Counted from the first letter of the stretch, positions 8,434 to 18,108 are shown. The stretch: DNA of 59,925 bases from Patescibacteria group bacterium (GCA_018969385.1 JAGWYL010000003.1:1-59925); one strand, 5' to 3'. The notes: generated by a model not told the origin, from the sequence alone. Program-made: numbers and translations.

Positions 8434-9446
8434 ATGCAACGAAATCAGCATCCTGTACAGCAGTTGGCGACGGGCGAGAAGCTGTCCGTCACCTCCTATA
8501 GATTCTCGAGTTCACAGCACGGGCCGAAAGTCTATCTCCAGGCGAATATCCACGGTCCTGAGGTGCTCGGCACCGCAGTGCTCACGAAGCTGCTTCCCTG
8601 GTTGCACGAAATGGAAACCAAGGATATGTGCGGTTCCGTGATAGTCGTGCCCTGCGCGAACCCCATGGCCGTCCAGCAGACGGCATACAACAGCATGATA
8701 GGGCGCTGGAACGGCAGGAGCGGCATGAACTGGAATCGCATCACACCCCTGTCGGCGAATGGAGCGGCCATCTGGAGGAGCGGCAGTTTTACGAAAGGAT
8801 CAAGAACGCTCCAAACCCGTCGATAGAGAAGAAGCTTGCTGCGACCTTGCGCGTCTTATCCTGGAGTGCCGATTACGTAGTGGATATCCACACGACGGGC
8901 AATGAGAGCATCGTGCACCTTTTCACGTTCTCGTGGATGGATGAGGCGTTCGCGAGACTCGGCTGCCCGGTACACATCCACATCGATGACGACGGACCGG
9001 CGGGCGCATTCGACGAATCCCATGTGCTTCCGTTCCTAAAATCGATGTCGAGGGACCTCATACCGAAGGCGTGCACGTGGGAGATCGGCTCGCATGGCAG
9101 GATTCCGTCCCAAACGCTGCTCGACCGCAGCGTCGTTCTCAAGCTATGGCTCCGTTCTGTCTGGGACGGAACCACTGCACAGTCTAATGCGCGGTCACTG
9201 TCGAAGCCGGCAGCATTCAAGCGGCTCGGGCATCTGCATGCGCCGTTCGGGGGCTACTACACGTGGCAGAAGAAACCCGGTAGCGCGGTCAAGGCTGGAG
9301 AGACGTATGCGTACGTTTTCCAACCCTGGAACGGGATACGCCGGAAGGCCGTCGCCGAGTTCGACTTCGTCTTGCTCGGCATCTATGGCGCCGACGCGAC
9401 CGCAGCGCACGAACAGATCGGCTGTTTTGCCGCCGACCCGGTGTAG
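8434..9446 (+). pseudogene. Succinylglutamate desuccinylase/aspartoacylase (M14-like) gene split by a frameshift
   Basis: First frame has QANIHGPE, PCANP and NWNR. The second frame continues with DYVVDIHT and a C-terminal biotinyl-like segment. Frames join around the C4 run at 8746-8749. Confidence 0.8.
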
Positions 9447-9582
9447 TACAAGGGGTCTTGTGCATATATGTTCCGTCTGCAATGGCTGATCCTCACGGGT
9501 CGGCCATTGTTCTATAAAAATCGGGTCCGATCCAGCATGATGCCGGAGTCGGACCCGAAACAGACCGTGTGTGGCCTGTACG

Positions 9583-10572
9583 TTACTTCACCCATGCCGT
9601 GCCGCTTCTCCCCGGAAGACGTCCTTGCTTCGAGAAGCTCAGACGTTCGAAGCATTCAGAGTTTCGGAGTGCTTCCGGCAGTCCGTCGAGCGGGACAATT
9701 GCACACGACGCGCCCCGGTTAGACGCTTCTGCGAGAAATGCGTCCAGCATAGCGGCGAGCGCTTCCTCGCCGTCGAAGCGCGAGTAAGCGACATTCGTCA
9801 TGACAGCGGTGCCTTCCTGGAACGAGTACAGCGCGCAGCCGTGTGTCGCCTCATCGACCGTAAAGACACGGTACTGCTCAAGAGTGTTCATGATACGCTC
9901 GCGGCCCTGATCCCCGGCGTAGTCTTCGCCGAGGAAGAGCTTGATTTCCGGTACATCAGTAAGCTCGGCCTTCCTGACGAACTTGAAGCGCCGCATGTCC
10001 GAGTGCACGAACGTTCCGGAGCCGCTCGCCGTCAGAAGTTCCGCGAGAAGCGCGTGTGGATGGTGCGCATCGAACAGATGAACTGTCTCCACCGCGCGTT
10101 CGCAGGCGTTCGCAGCAAGGTCGAGGGTCAGTGTCCAGTCCCGGCTCACTTTCCCGTCGGCAATAAGCTTACGGACTTCCGAAACCGAGGCGTTATTGAG
10201 AACCGTGCCGTCCGCGAGCGTGCAGTTGCCCTCGCACAGGAGGATGAGCTTGTGCAAATTGCACTCATTCGCGATACCGGCGACGTACTCCTTCTCGTTG
10301 CCCCGGACGACGGACTGGACATAGATGGAGTCGGGCAGACCGTTCCAGAACATAGCGTCCATGGCTTCCGCGACGATGACAGGAACGCCATTCTCAAGGA
10401 GAAGCTCGATGTCCTCGCTGAGGATGGCCATATCATCGGAGTGGATTTGCGCGATGCCGTACGGCATGATGAGCACGTTACGGCCGCGCGTGTTGCGCAG
10501 ACAGTGGAGCGCTGCGCGGACCGCTGCAGTGTCGTCGGCGTAGGCGCGTCGCCGCGCTTGCTTTTCAGACAT
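9583..10572 (-). CDS. Degenerate ArgA-like protein (amino-acid-kinase domain plus GNAT-like domain)
   Basis: VHLFDAHHPHALLAELLTASGSGTFV, then VRKAELTDVPEI; AAGGAG SD. Confidence 0.7.
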   Translation of the reverse strand: MSEKQARRRAYADDTAAVRAALHCLRNTRGRNVLIMPYGIAQIHSDDMAILSEDIELLLENGVPVIVAEAMDAMFWNGLPDSIYVQSVVRGNEKEYVAGIANECNLHKLILLCEGNCTLADGTVLNNASVSEVRKLIADGKVSRDWTLTLDLAANACERAVETVHLFDAHHPHALLAELLTASGSGTFVHSDMRRFKFVRKAELTDVPEIKLFLGEDYAGDQGRERIMNTLEQYRVFTVDEATHGCALYSFQEGTAVMTNVAYSRFDGEEALAAMLDAFLAEASNRGASCAIVPLDGLPEALRNSECFERLSFSKQGRLPGRSGTAWVK

Positions 10573-10719
10573 CAGATACTCCTTCGCCCTATCAGAGGGC
10601 TTGACTGAGAGTTACGGGGAGTTTGGACGACATGAGTTGGAAAATATCGTCCGAAAACACTTTACACCGCACGTCAAGCACTGTCCACTTGACATGCGGT
10701 CATGATGTCGTGCCAAAAA

Positions 10720-12342
10720 TCAGGCGACAAGCGGCAATTCGACGATGAAGGTGGAGCCCCTATCCTTCCCTTCCGACTCGGCGCGGATGGTACCGCCGTG
10801 GGCAGTCACGATGTTCTTCGCGATGAAGAGCCCGTAGCCGGTCGAGTGGACGTTTATCTTTTGCGATTCCTTGCCGTGGCCGCCTTCCGTGAAGAGGCGT
10901 GCCTTGTCCTCGTCCGTGATGCCGACGCCCGTGTCCTTGACCGCGAAGACGGCTTTCCCGTCCTTTCTCGAAAGCGTGACATTGATGCTTCCCGAAGGCG
11001 TGTAGTTGATGGAGTTGTCCACGAGGTTCCCGAGTACGTGATCGCCGAGCTCCACCTTGTCGGCGGATACGGTATACGGCTTACCCGCTTCATCGGCTGC
11101 GTACGTGAGCGTAAGGCCCTTCGCATCGGCGTGCTCCCTGAGCTTCGCGACCGCTGCGGCTGCGAGCGCATCGAGGTCGAGCGGCTCCTTCGTATACTCC
11201 ACGGTCCCCTTCTTCTGGTTCGAGGCCTTGAGGATCTGCAGAACGGACGTCACGCTGTCACGCGATTGCGTGAGGGCGCGGTCGACGAACGGCTTCATGC
11301 CGTCCGGCAGCGCGCCGAAGTCGCCCTCGGAAAGCGCCGCGAAGGCGCCCATGTCCTTCGTGAGGAAGTTCTTCACCTCGTGGCTGATGAAACGGATGAG
11401 GTTTTCCTGCCGCTGGTTCGTGTCTTCAAGTTCTACGGCGAGCTTCTCTATCCGCTCCCGCTGTTCCACCTCCTTTACGACGCCGCGCGCGAGAAGAAGG
11501 CCGACGATGAGGATGAGCACGAACAGGCTGGTCCGGAAGAGTATGAGGATAGGATCGGTGGTGAAGATGAGCTCGAGCAGTGTCGCTATCGCGAGTGCGG
11601 ACACGAGGAGCGCCGTTCCGATCTCTTTCACGTTCAGCACGCGTCCCGTATAGATCGCGTATGCCGTCAATCCGATGAACGGGAGCAGGAATAGCGTCCC
11701 GAACGCAACGAAAGAGGAATTGCCGAGAAATGCGGGGAGTATGAAGCTGAACGCGAGTATTAGCAGTATCGTGGCGAACGTGCCGAGCAGTATCAGGCGG
11801 TACGGCCTTCGCTCCGCGCCCTGCGCACGGAGCGTCTTTTGCACCAGGAAGAACAGAGCGCCGATATCGAGCATGAGAACCAGGATGCCGAACAGGATGA
11901 TTCCGGGGCCGTTGACGACCTGGGTTACCTGCCCGTTTACGGAAAAGCTGCTGACCGCCGTGAAGACGAGCGGCGTGAGCGTGATGACCGAAACGAGGAG
12001 CGTCGCTGGAAGCACGGCGAGACGATACCAGCGAGGCAAGGGATGCTCCCGGTCCGGAAAGACGAAGAAGAAGGTGAAGAGCGAATAGGCGAACCAGACC
12101 GCGGTGAACATGATCATCCGCAGGAACCACAGCACGATAAGGGGGCTTGAGGACTGGTAGATCGCGTAGTTGAAAAGGCTCCAGACGACCGACGTTCCCG
12201 TGAGCGCCAGGAAGAAGCGATGCGTGATGCTGCCCATGTCGCTCAGATACACGACGAAACCCGTCGATATGAGTATCGCGGCTACCGCACCTACGGAAAG
12301 GAGCCCCGCGTTAACGTCGATTGCCAGGACCCCGTTCAGCAT
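10720..12342 (-). CDS. Sensor histidine kinase with N-terminal multi-TM domain
   Basis: Many hydrophobic helices, H-box ISHEVKN, N-box NLVDNSINYT, DTGVGI, STGYGLFIAK; start MLNGVL. Confidence 0.93.
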   Translation of the reverse strand: MLNGVLAIDVNAGLLSVGAVAAILISTGFVVYLSDMGSITHRFFLALTGTSVVWSLFNYAIYQSSSPLIVLWFLRMIMFTAVWFAYSLFTFFFVFPDREHPLPRWYRLAVLPATLLVSVITLTPLVFTAVSSFSVNGQVTQVVNGPGIILFGILVLMLDIGALFFLVQKTLRAQGAERRPYRLILLGTFATILLILAFSFILPAFLGNSSFVAFGTLFLLPFIGLTAYAIYTGRVLNVKEIGTALLVSALAIATLLELIFTTDPILILFRTSLFVLILIVGLLLARGVVKEVEQRERIEKLAVELEDTNQRQENLIRFISHEVKNFLTKDMGAFAALSEGDFGALPDGMKPFVDRALTQSRDSVTSVLQILKASNQKKGTVEYTKEPLDLDALAAAAVAKLREHADAKGLTLTYAADEAGKPYTVSADKVELGDHVLGNLVDNSINYTPSGSINVTLSRKDGKAVFAVKDTGVGITDEDKARLFTEGGHGKESQKINVHSTGYGLFIAKNIVTAHGGTIRAESEGKDRGSTFIVELPLVA

Positions 12343-12344
12343 AG

Positions 12345-14357
12345 CTATATTGGAAAGGTAGCACGATAATGGCCGTGATTGTAGAAGTTGATAACCGCAT
12401 CGGGGTGAAGCGCGGCAGCCTCGGCTCTGGAGTTGAATCTGACTGACGAAAAGACGGCGGCATTGAGGAACACGGGACTGTGCCACCCGGTCAGGCTGAG
12501 GAGCGGAAGGACTATCTCGTTACGGTATCCGTCATAATTGAGCGTACGAGAGGCGAAGTCGCGCATCTCCGCTACGAGCCGCGCTCGCTCTCCTTCCGGG
12601 AGATGATGGAGGAAGAGGACGGTCATCGCGATGTCGAAAAAATGCGGAGGAAATGCCGTCGGGAGCGTGAAGATGTCGTTATCCGCGGCTATGACCAGTA
12701 TCGAGTCGCCTGCTTCCCGCTCGTAATCAAGCAGCGCCTCCTTCGTGAGGCCGCTCACATGGATGAAACGGACACCCGGAAGATTCCGCAGGTTCCTTTC
12801 AGCATAGGCGCGCGCGCCCGAAGATATGTCGAATCCGACGATGGTGACGGGGCAGTGTGCGTCGTGTGCCCCAAGCCGTTCGATGAACTGTCGCTCCGCT
12901 TCCATGCTGCCACTCCCGAGCGAAGCGATGCGAAGGCGCGTACCGCCCGGCACGCGTGCTGCGGATTCGGTAAGGTAGCCGACGACCGGCTCTATGATTC
13001 CCGGCCGCGGTCTCCGTTCGATTTCCGACATCTTCTCGTGGAAGATCTCGTCGAGTTCGGGAAGCAGCTCGTTTATTTCGAGCAGGTGTTCGCGCCGTAT
13101 GCGTTTACGCGCGCCGTACAGCCATGTAAGGTAGCGTAAGGGTGAGCGGAGGGATTCGAAGAAAAGGATATTCTGTTCCACGGCGTACTGCTGATCCGGC
13201 AGGCCGTACGAAAGCATGCCGAGTTTCGCTGCAACCGCGTCGAGCTGTGCGCGCCGTTCGGTAGGAACAGCGGACGCCTGTGCGCGCCCGTCAACGGAAC
13301 TTTCCGGCACCTTCCGATAGCTTACCTCCGTCGGCGGCGCGGACTTTCCGATGCGGAAGACGAGGATGGGCGTCGTGCCGGCGGGTACGAGCTGCTTGAT
13401 TGCTTCATAGGCGCCGCCGATACGGGACCTGTCTGCATTCCCAAACAGCCGCGCGACCGCCGGGATGTCGAGGGAGCGAGCAAGGAACAGGAGACCGGTG
13501 ACAATCTGCACCGAATAGCCGTTCGCGGCGGCGCCGAGCCATGCGCGCTCAAGCGCGCGTCCGGTCTCAAGATAGGCAGAGCGGTCAAGCGTGCTGCCGT
13601 AGAGCACGACGAGCGCGGACGCGCTCGCATCCTGCTTCGCGTTCGTTTCCGCGACGAGGGTCGGGAAGCCGGCGAGAGAAAGGAGGCGGGCGACCGGCCA
13701 GTAGCGCAGGATAGCGAAGAGAGCCTTTGCGGGCGGCGGAAGCTCCAAGGTGTCGATGTGCAAGCCGGGCTCGCCTGCCCGATTCCTTGCCGCAGACCAG
13801 AAGATGCTCCCGAAGAAAAGCGCGTGCAGCGGCCGGTTGGACAGCGCCGTCTCCTCCATCACCGTGAGCGCGCGCGCGGCGCGCTCCATGCGCTCGCGTT
13901 CCTCTATGAGGGCGATACCGACTCCAGACTCGGAACCCCTCACAGCATCCCTAAGCGCCTCGCGCATCGCATCCGAGAGCGGCGCGACCGCATACGCCTT
14001 CCGGTTCGTGTGGCGCTTCAGGATGGAACGGCGCAATGCAGCCTCTTGCGCGCTCGGTTCGCCGCCCGAGGAAAGCTCAAGCGTAGCTACGCGCTCCCCT
14101 TCCGCATGGTACGTCACGCGCGGCAGGAAGCCTTGCGAGAGGGATTCCAGCCGCGCGTTCTCTATAGCGGCGCCGAGCGCGATGAGCGTGCCGCTTCGTT
14201 CGAAATTCAGGAGCTCATTGTCGAGTTCGGGCCGATAGAAGAAGTCGATTGCGGACCCGCGGACCTCGAACCGCCACGGCTGCGAATTATCGCCGGACGG
14301 CGCGGCGGCGGCGGCTTCAAGTATCGCTCGCAGCTTTTCCGGAGGTATGCCGGCCAT
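12345..14357 (-). CDS. Nitroreductase-family domain fused to a class I SAM-dependent methyltransferase
   Basis: AAPSGDNSQPWRF, RHTNRKAY, TGRALERAWL in the N half; IASLGSGS, VGFDIS, FDIAMTVLFLHHL in the C half. Confidence 0.85.
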   Translation of the reverse strand: MAGIPPEKLRAILEAAAAAPSGDNSQPWRFEVRGSAIDFFYRPELDNELLNFERSGTLIALGAAIENARLESLSQGFLPRVTYHAEGERVATLELSSGGEPSAQEAALRRSILKRHTNRKAYAVAPLSDAMREALRDAVRGSESGVGIALIEERERMERAARALTVMEETALSNRPLHALFFGSIFWSAARNRAGEPGLHIDTLELPPPAKALFAILRYWPVARLLSLAGFPTLVAETNAKQDASASALVVLYGSTLDRSAYLETGRALERAWLGAAANGYSVQIVTGLLFLARSLDIPAVARLFGNADRSRIGGAYEAIKQLVPAGTTPILVFRIGKSAPPTEVSYRKVPESSVDGRAQASAVPTERRAQLDAVAAKLGMLSYGLPDQQYAVEQNILFFESLRSPLRYLTWLYGARKRIRREHLLEINELLPELDEIFHEKMSEIERRPRPGIIEPVVGYLTESAARVPGGTRLRIASLGSGSMEAERQFIERLGAHDAHCPVTIVGFDISSGARAYAERNLRNLPGVRFIHVSGLTKEALLDYEREAGDSILVIAADNDIFTLPTAFPPHFFDIAMTVLFLHHLPEGERARLVAEMRDFASRTLNYDGYRNEIVLPLLSLTGWHSPVFLNAAVFSSVRFNSRAEAAALHPDAVINFYNHGHYRATFPI

Positions 14358-14360
14358 ACG

Positions 14361-15482
14361 CTACAGTCCGATGGATGCGAAGAAGTTCGCTCGCGCCGCT
14401 TCGCGGTTCGAAACGGTTTCCGGCGCATGGTAATCAGGGTCAAGAAGCGCATCGAGGCTCACCTCGCACTTTTCCTCCCGCACCGGCAGCCCGAGCGCGA
14501 GGCGCTTCAGCACATAGGCGATGGCCGCTCCGGAAAGCGTCGCCGCGTCGCCCGGCTGCGGCCAGGAGTATATCTCGCGGCCCACCTGGAGGAGCGATTG
14601 CATCATGCGTTCCGTGACGAAGTGCTGCCCTGCTATCTTCGTCGCGAGTTTCGGAAGCTCGGAGGGTTCGAACGACTTGAAAGACTCGAGCGTCACGTCG
14701 CCGATGATGCCGTTGAAGAGCGGCTTTGCGCGGTCGAGGTCGAATCGCTCCGTCTCGATGATGATGTTGTCGCCGTTGTCGGTCGCCATCACCACCGGTA
14801 TGCCGCGCTCGCGCGCGGCGATGCGGAGGCGTATCTTCATCTCAAGGTTGTCCGTTTCCTCGACGAGGACGTCCACGCCCGAGAGGAACTCGGCAAGATT
14901 CCCGTCAGTGACGCCTCCGTCATAGGCCGTGATGTCCGCATAGGGGTCGAGCTGGTAGAGGTACTCGCGCACCAGGTCCGCCTTCTTCCGCCCCACGGAA
15001 AGGAAGTCGAAGCGGATGCGGTTCAGGTTCGACGGGGAGACCTCGTCCGGGTCGGCTATCTTGATGCTCCGCGCGCCACCCATGAGCGCGAACGTAAGTG
15101 CGCCGTGGCTGCCCACGGATAGCCCCGCGTACGCGACGGTGAGTCCATAGAGCTTCTGCTGCTCCTCGTGCGTTACGATATTCCTGTTGCGCGCCGTGCG
15201 AATCTCAAGATGCTCGTCGCAGGGCAGGTAATGCGCAAGCGTGCCGCTCCAGGGAAAGTAGAACCACTCGCCGAGGGCGTCGGGAGCGCGTAGGGCGGCA
15301 TACGCATCCTTATACGCCGCGAGGTCGGCCGCATAATCCTTGATGAACTTATAGCGCGGATTACGGATGAGGAACTGGTCCTCAAGCAGGAGGTCGTACC
15401 GGTCTACCACCCGGGTCGGCGAAAGGCGTGCCTTAAATTCCGCAAAGGTCTCCTTCGCACGATCGAGCCGCTCCGGCCTCAT
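14361..15482 (-). CDS. ThiF/E1-like adenylating enzyme, Rv1355c/MoeY type
   Basis: WFYFPWSG, RTARNRNIVTHEEQ, YAGLSVGS, ADPDEVSPSNLNRI, EETDNLEMK. Confidence 0.88.
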   Translation of the reverse strand: MRPERLDRAKETFAEFKARLSPTRVVDRYDLLLEDQFLIRNPRYKFIKDYAADLAAYKDAYAALRAPDALGEWFYFPWSGTLAHYLPCDEHLEIRTARNRNIVTHEEQQKLYGLTVAYAGLSVGSHGALTFALMGGARSIKIADPDEVSPSNLNRIRFDFLSVGRKKADLVREYLYQLDPYADITAYDGGVTDGNLAEFLSGVDVLVEETDNLEMKIRLRIAARERGIPVVMATDNGDNIIIETERFDLDRAKPLFNGIIGDVTLESFKSFEPSELPKLATKIAGQHFVTERMMQSLLQVGREIYSWPQPGDAATLSGAAIAYVLKRLALGLPVREEKCEVSLDALLDPDYHAPETVSNREAARANFFASIGL

Positions 15483-15506
15483 GGAAAAATCTTAGCACGT
15501 TTCGGC

Positions 15507-17060
15507 TTAGGAAGGGCGCACCACCCATTGCTGCTTCACGCCCGGCCTGAAATAGAGCGGGTCCTCGTACGGCCAGAAGACGAGGCGGGGCTCCGCGCGC
15601 TTTCCGAGGAATTCGGAAAGCTCGCGATACTCGGAATTCTTCTCGCGGAGGTTCTTTACGATTTCCGTAAGCAGTTCCGCCTGGAGCACCTTGCCGGCCT
15701 CCTTGCCGGGCTTCTGCTCGATGTTCACTTCGAGGTACTGGTCCTGGTTGTGGTCGTACTTCGTGACGAGCGCTATCTTGCCCGTCATGTGCGGAGCGAA
15801 CCGCTTGTCGAGGAGCACCTGGCGTATCGTTTCCGGGTAGATCTGGAGCCCGTAGAGCGTCGTCGCGAGGTCGATGCGCTCGTAGACGTAGACGAACGGG
15901 AGCTTCAGCACCTGCTTCGCAATGCCCGCCTTGCGTATCTCGCGCTCGAGATCGATGCCGTGCGTACGGCAGCGCTCGACGATTTCCTTGAACGAATAGA
16001 CGCCGCCGTGGTCGCCGATGGAATAGCGGATGAGCGGGAGCGCGCTGTCCCCCGTGAGGAGGACTTCCCCGTTCGGCGCTTCGAACGAGACGAACTCCGG
16101 CAGGTACTGCGCGAGCGTGGGCGTCTTCATGGTGCCGCGGAAGAGGTCGTTGAAGAGCGCTTCGTTGTCGCGCGCGAGGCGGCGGATGAGTATGGAAAGC
16201 GGCGTCTCGAACGCCATGGTGCCGATGTCGGCGCTGCCGTAGATGTTCGCGGTATCGGTGAGCGGGTTCTTCACGTTCGCGCGCGACGCGACGTAATCGC
16301 GGAACTCCTCGGTGAATGCTTCCGCAGCGAAGAGAAGCGCGACCCGGTGCTTGTCGAACGTCGCGCCATGCGCCGGCGCCTCGTCGATGACGTCTTTCAG
16401 GAACGGCGGGTAGCCGGCCAGTATGAGCTGTTCGTACTGCGGTGCGAGGTCGCGCAGTATCTTGAATATCTCGGACTTGTTGATGCCGGGCGTTATGACG
16501 GAGACGGGATATCCGCGCCGTCCGAGGAGGTCGAACGCCTCATACGTGATGAGTCCGCCGATCCAGACGCCCATACCGAAACAGACGATGACGAGCGTCG
16601 ACTTATTGAGTTCGAGCGAGCTCGAGCGATAGAAGAGCTCGTGTATGAACGAAGAGTGGTCGTCCACTTCGTGCGAACGCCCGAAGTACGTCGGCGCGCC
16701 CGTCGAGCCGGACGTTGCGGTGAGGACGTGCGGCGCGCGCAGCGAACCGTTCCAGAAGAGTTCCTTGAACGGGTATGCGTGCAGGTAATTCTGCTTGGTG
16801 ACCGGAGGCACGATGGCGAGGTCCGACGGCGATTCCACGAGCTCCGCATGCACGTGATTATCCTTGAGGAAGCGCTTGTACGCGGGAACGCCGCTCGCCG
16901 CGCGCTTGAAGAGGTCAAGCGCCGTGCGCTGCTGGCTGCGCGACCATTCCTGGCTCGTTTTCGCGGAGAGCTGCTCGAGCAACGGCACATGCGTTCGCGC
17001 CGCAGCGTTTCCGTTCGCATTCCTACCGCGGCTTATCGGCCGCAGGCTGGATCGCTTCAT
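15507..17060 (-). CDS. Phenylacetate-CoA ligase-like (PaaK/F390 synthetase family) adenylate-forming enzyme
   Basis: TSGSTGAPTYF, FGMGVWIGG, AGYPPFL, YGSADIG, LIRYSIGDHG. Confidence 0.87.
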   Translation of the reverse strand: MKRSSLRPISRGRNANGNAAARTHVPLLEQLSAKTSQEWSRSQQRTALDLFKRAASGVPAYKRFLKDNHVHAELVESPSDLAIVPPVTKQNYLHAYPFKELFWNGSLRAPHVLTATSGSTGAPTYFGRSHEVDDHSSFIHELFYRSSSLELNKSTLVIVCFGMGVWIGGLITYEAFDLLGRRGYPVSVITPGINKSEIFKILRDLAPQYEQLILAGYPPFLKDVIDEAPAHGATFDKHRVALLFAAEAFTEEFRDYVASRANVKNPLTDTANIYGSADIGTMAFETPLSILIRRLARDNEALFNDLFRGTMKTPTLAQYLPEFVSFEAPNGEVLLTGDSALPLIRYSIGDHGGVYSFKEIVERCRTHGIDLEREIRKAGIAKQVLKLPFVYVYERIDLATTLYGLQIYPETIRQVLLDKRFAPHMTGKIALVTKYDHNQDQYLEVNIEQKPGKEAGKVLQAELLTEIVKNLREKNSEYRELSEFLGKRAEPRLVFWPYEDPLYFRPGVKQQWVVRPS

Positions 17061-17079
17061 GTGCGAACACTCTAACACA

Positions 17080-18105
17080 TCATGAGATATTTGTGAAGAC
17101 CTTTGCGAAGTTATCCACAACCCCGCCCATGTCCTCCGGCGAGGGGATGGCGATACGAAGCGTGTCGACGAGGAGTGACTTGGCCTCCGGGAAGCGGCTC
17201 ATATCCTCCCCGAGGGCGACGCGGACGCCGAGTCCCCCGAGCTTTTCGGCTGCCTCGCGCGCATGCGGAACATGAATGAACGCGAAGTTCGTTTCCGTGG
17301 GGAGCGTCTGCACGTTCGGAAGCGCTTGGAGCGCCTCGAAGAAGGACGCTCGCATCCTGATGACCGCGTCGCGCCTCTCCTTCACCTTTTCCGCGCGGCC
17401 AAGGAGCGCGAGCGCCGCAGCGGCGCTTTCGTGCGCGACCGGCCACGGCAGGAGTTCCCTTTGCATGCGTTCCACCGCTTCAGGTGCGGCGATGGCGTAG
17501 CCTACGCGCGCGCCCGGTATGCCGAACGCTTTCGAAAGGGTGCGCAGGATGATGAGATTCGGCTTGAGCGTGAGAGACGGCAGGAGCGTCCGTCCGGAGT
17601 ATTCGAAGTACGCTTCGTCGGAAACCGTGATGACATCATTTAGGGATGCGGTTTCAAGCACGCGCGCGGCATCCGCATCCTTGATGCCGCAGCCGAGCGG
17701 GTTGTTCGGGTTGCAGAGGAACACCGCCTTCGGCTTCCCTGCGGTAATCGCGGCAAGCGTGCGGCGCAGCGGGAATTCCGGCTCTCCCGCCTCGCTTTCG
17801 TACGGCACCGGCACGATTTCCGAACCGACGCGGTCGAGGATGCGCTCATAGCCGTAGAACGTGGGTACGGGCAGCACCGCTTCGCCCTTCCCCACGTACG
17901 CGCGGGCTATCGCCTCTATGGCCGCATCGGAGCCGGGAGTCACGAGGATGCAATCCTCCGGCACGTCGGCGTACGCGGCAAGCGCCGCCTTGAGCGCCGT
18001 GTAGTCCGGATACGTGCCGAGTTCCATCCGCCCGAATCCGCGTGCCGCTTCGACGAGCTCGTCGTCGAGGAGCCAGTAGCTTTCGTTCTTATCGAGGGGA
18101 ATCAT
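17080..18105 (-). CDS. HisC-like class I/II PLP aminotransferase
   Basis: TPGSDAAI, LCNPNNP, DEAYFEY, RTLSKAFGIPGARVGY. Confidence 0.88.
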   Translation of the reverse strand: MIPLDKNESYWLLDDELVEAARGFGRMELGTYPDYTALKAALAAYADVPEDCILVTPGSDAAIEAIARAYVGKGEAVLPVPTFYGYERILDRVGSEIVPVPYESEAGEPEFPLRRTLAAITAGKPKAVFLCNPNNPLGCGIKDADAARVLETASLNDVITVSDEAYFEYSGRTLLPSLTLKPNLIILRTLSKAFGIPGARVGYAIAAPEAVERMQRELLPWPVAHESAAAALALLGRAEKVKERRDAVIRMRASFFEALQALPNVQTLPTETNFAFIHVPHAREAAEKLGGLGVRVALGEDMSRFPEAKSLLVDTLRIAIPSPEDMGGVVDNFAKVFTNIS

Positions 18106-18108
18106 AGG

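Noticed and set aside
10672-10692. GTCAAG...CTTGAC inverted repeat upstream of the argA-like gene as an operator
   Set aside because: Only 6-bp arms and no matching -10 spacing that I could verify; too weak to call.
17080-18105. Aminotransferase as evidence of histidine biosynthesis (hisC)
   Set aside because: No other his genes nearby; its context is the ligase/ThiF operon, so the symbol was withheld.
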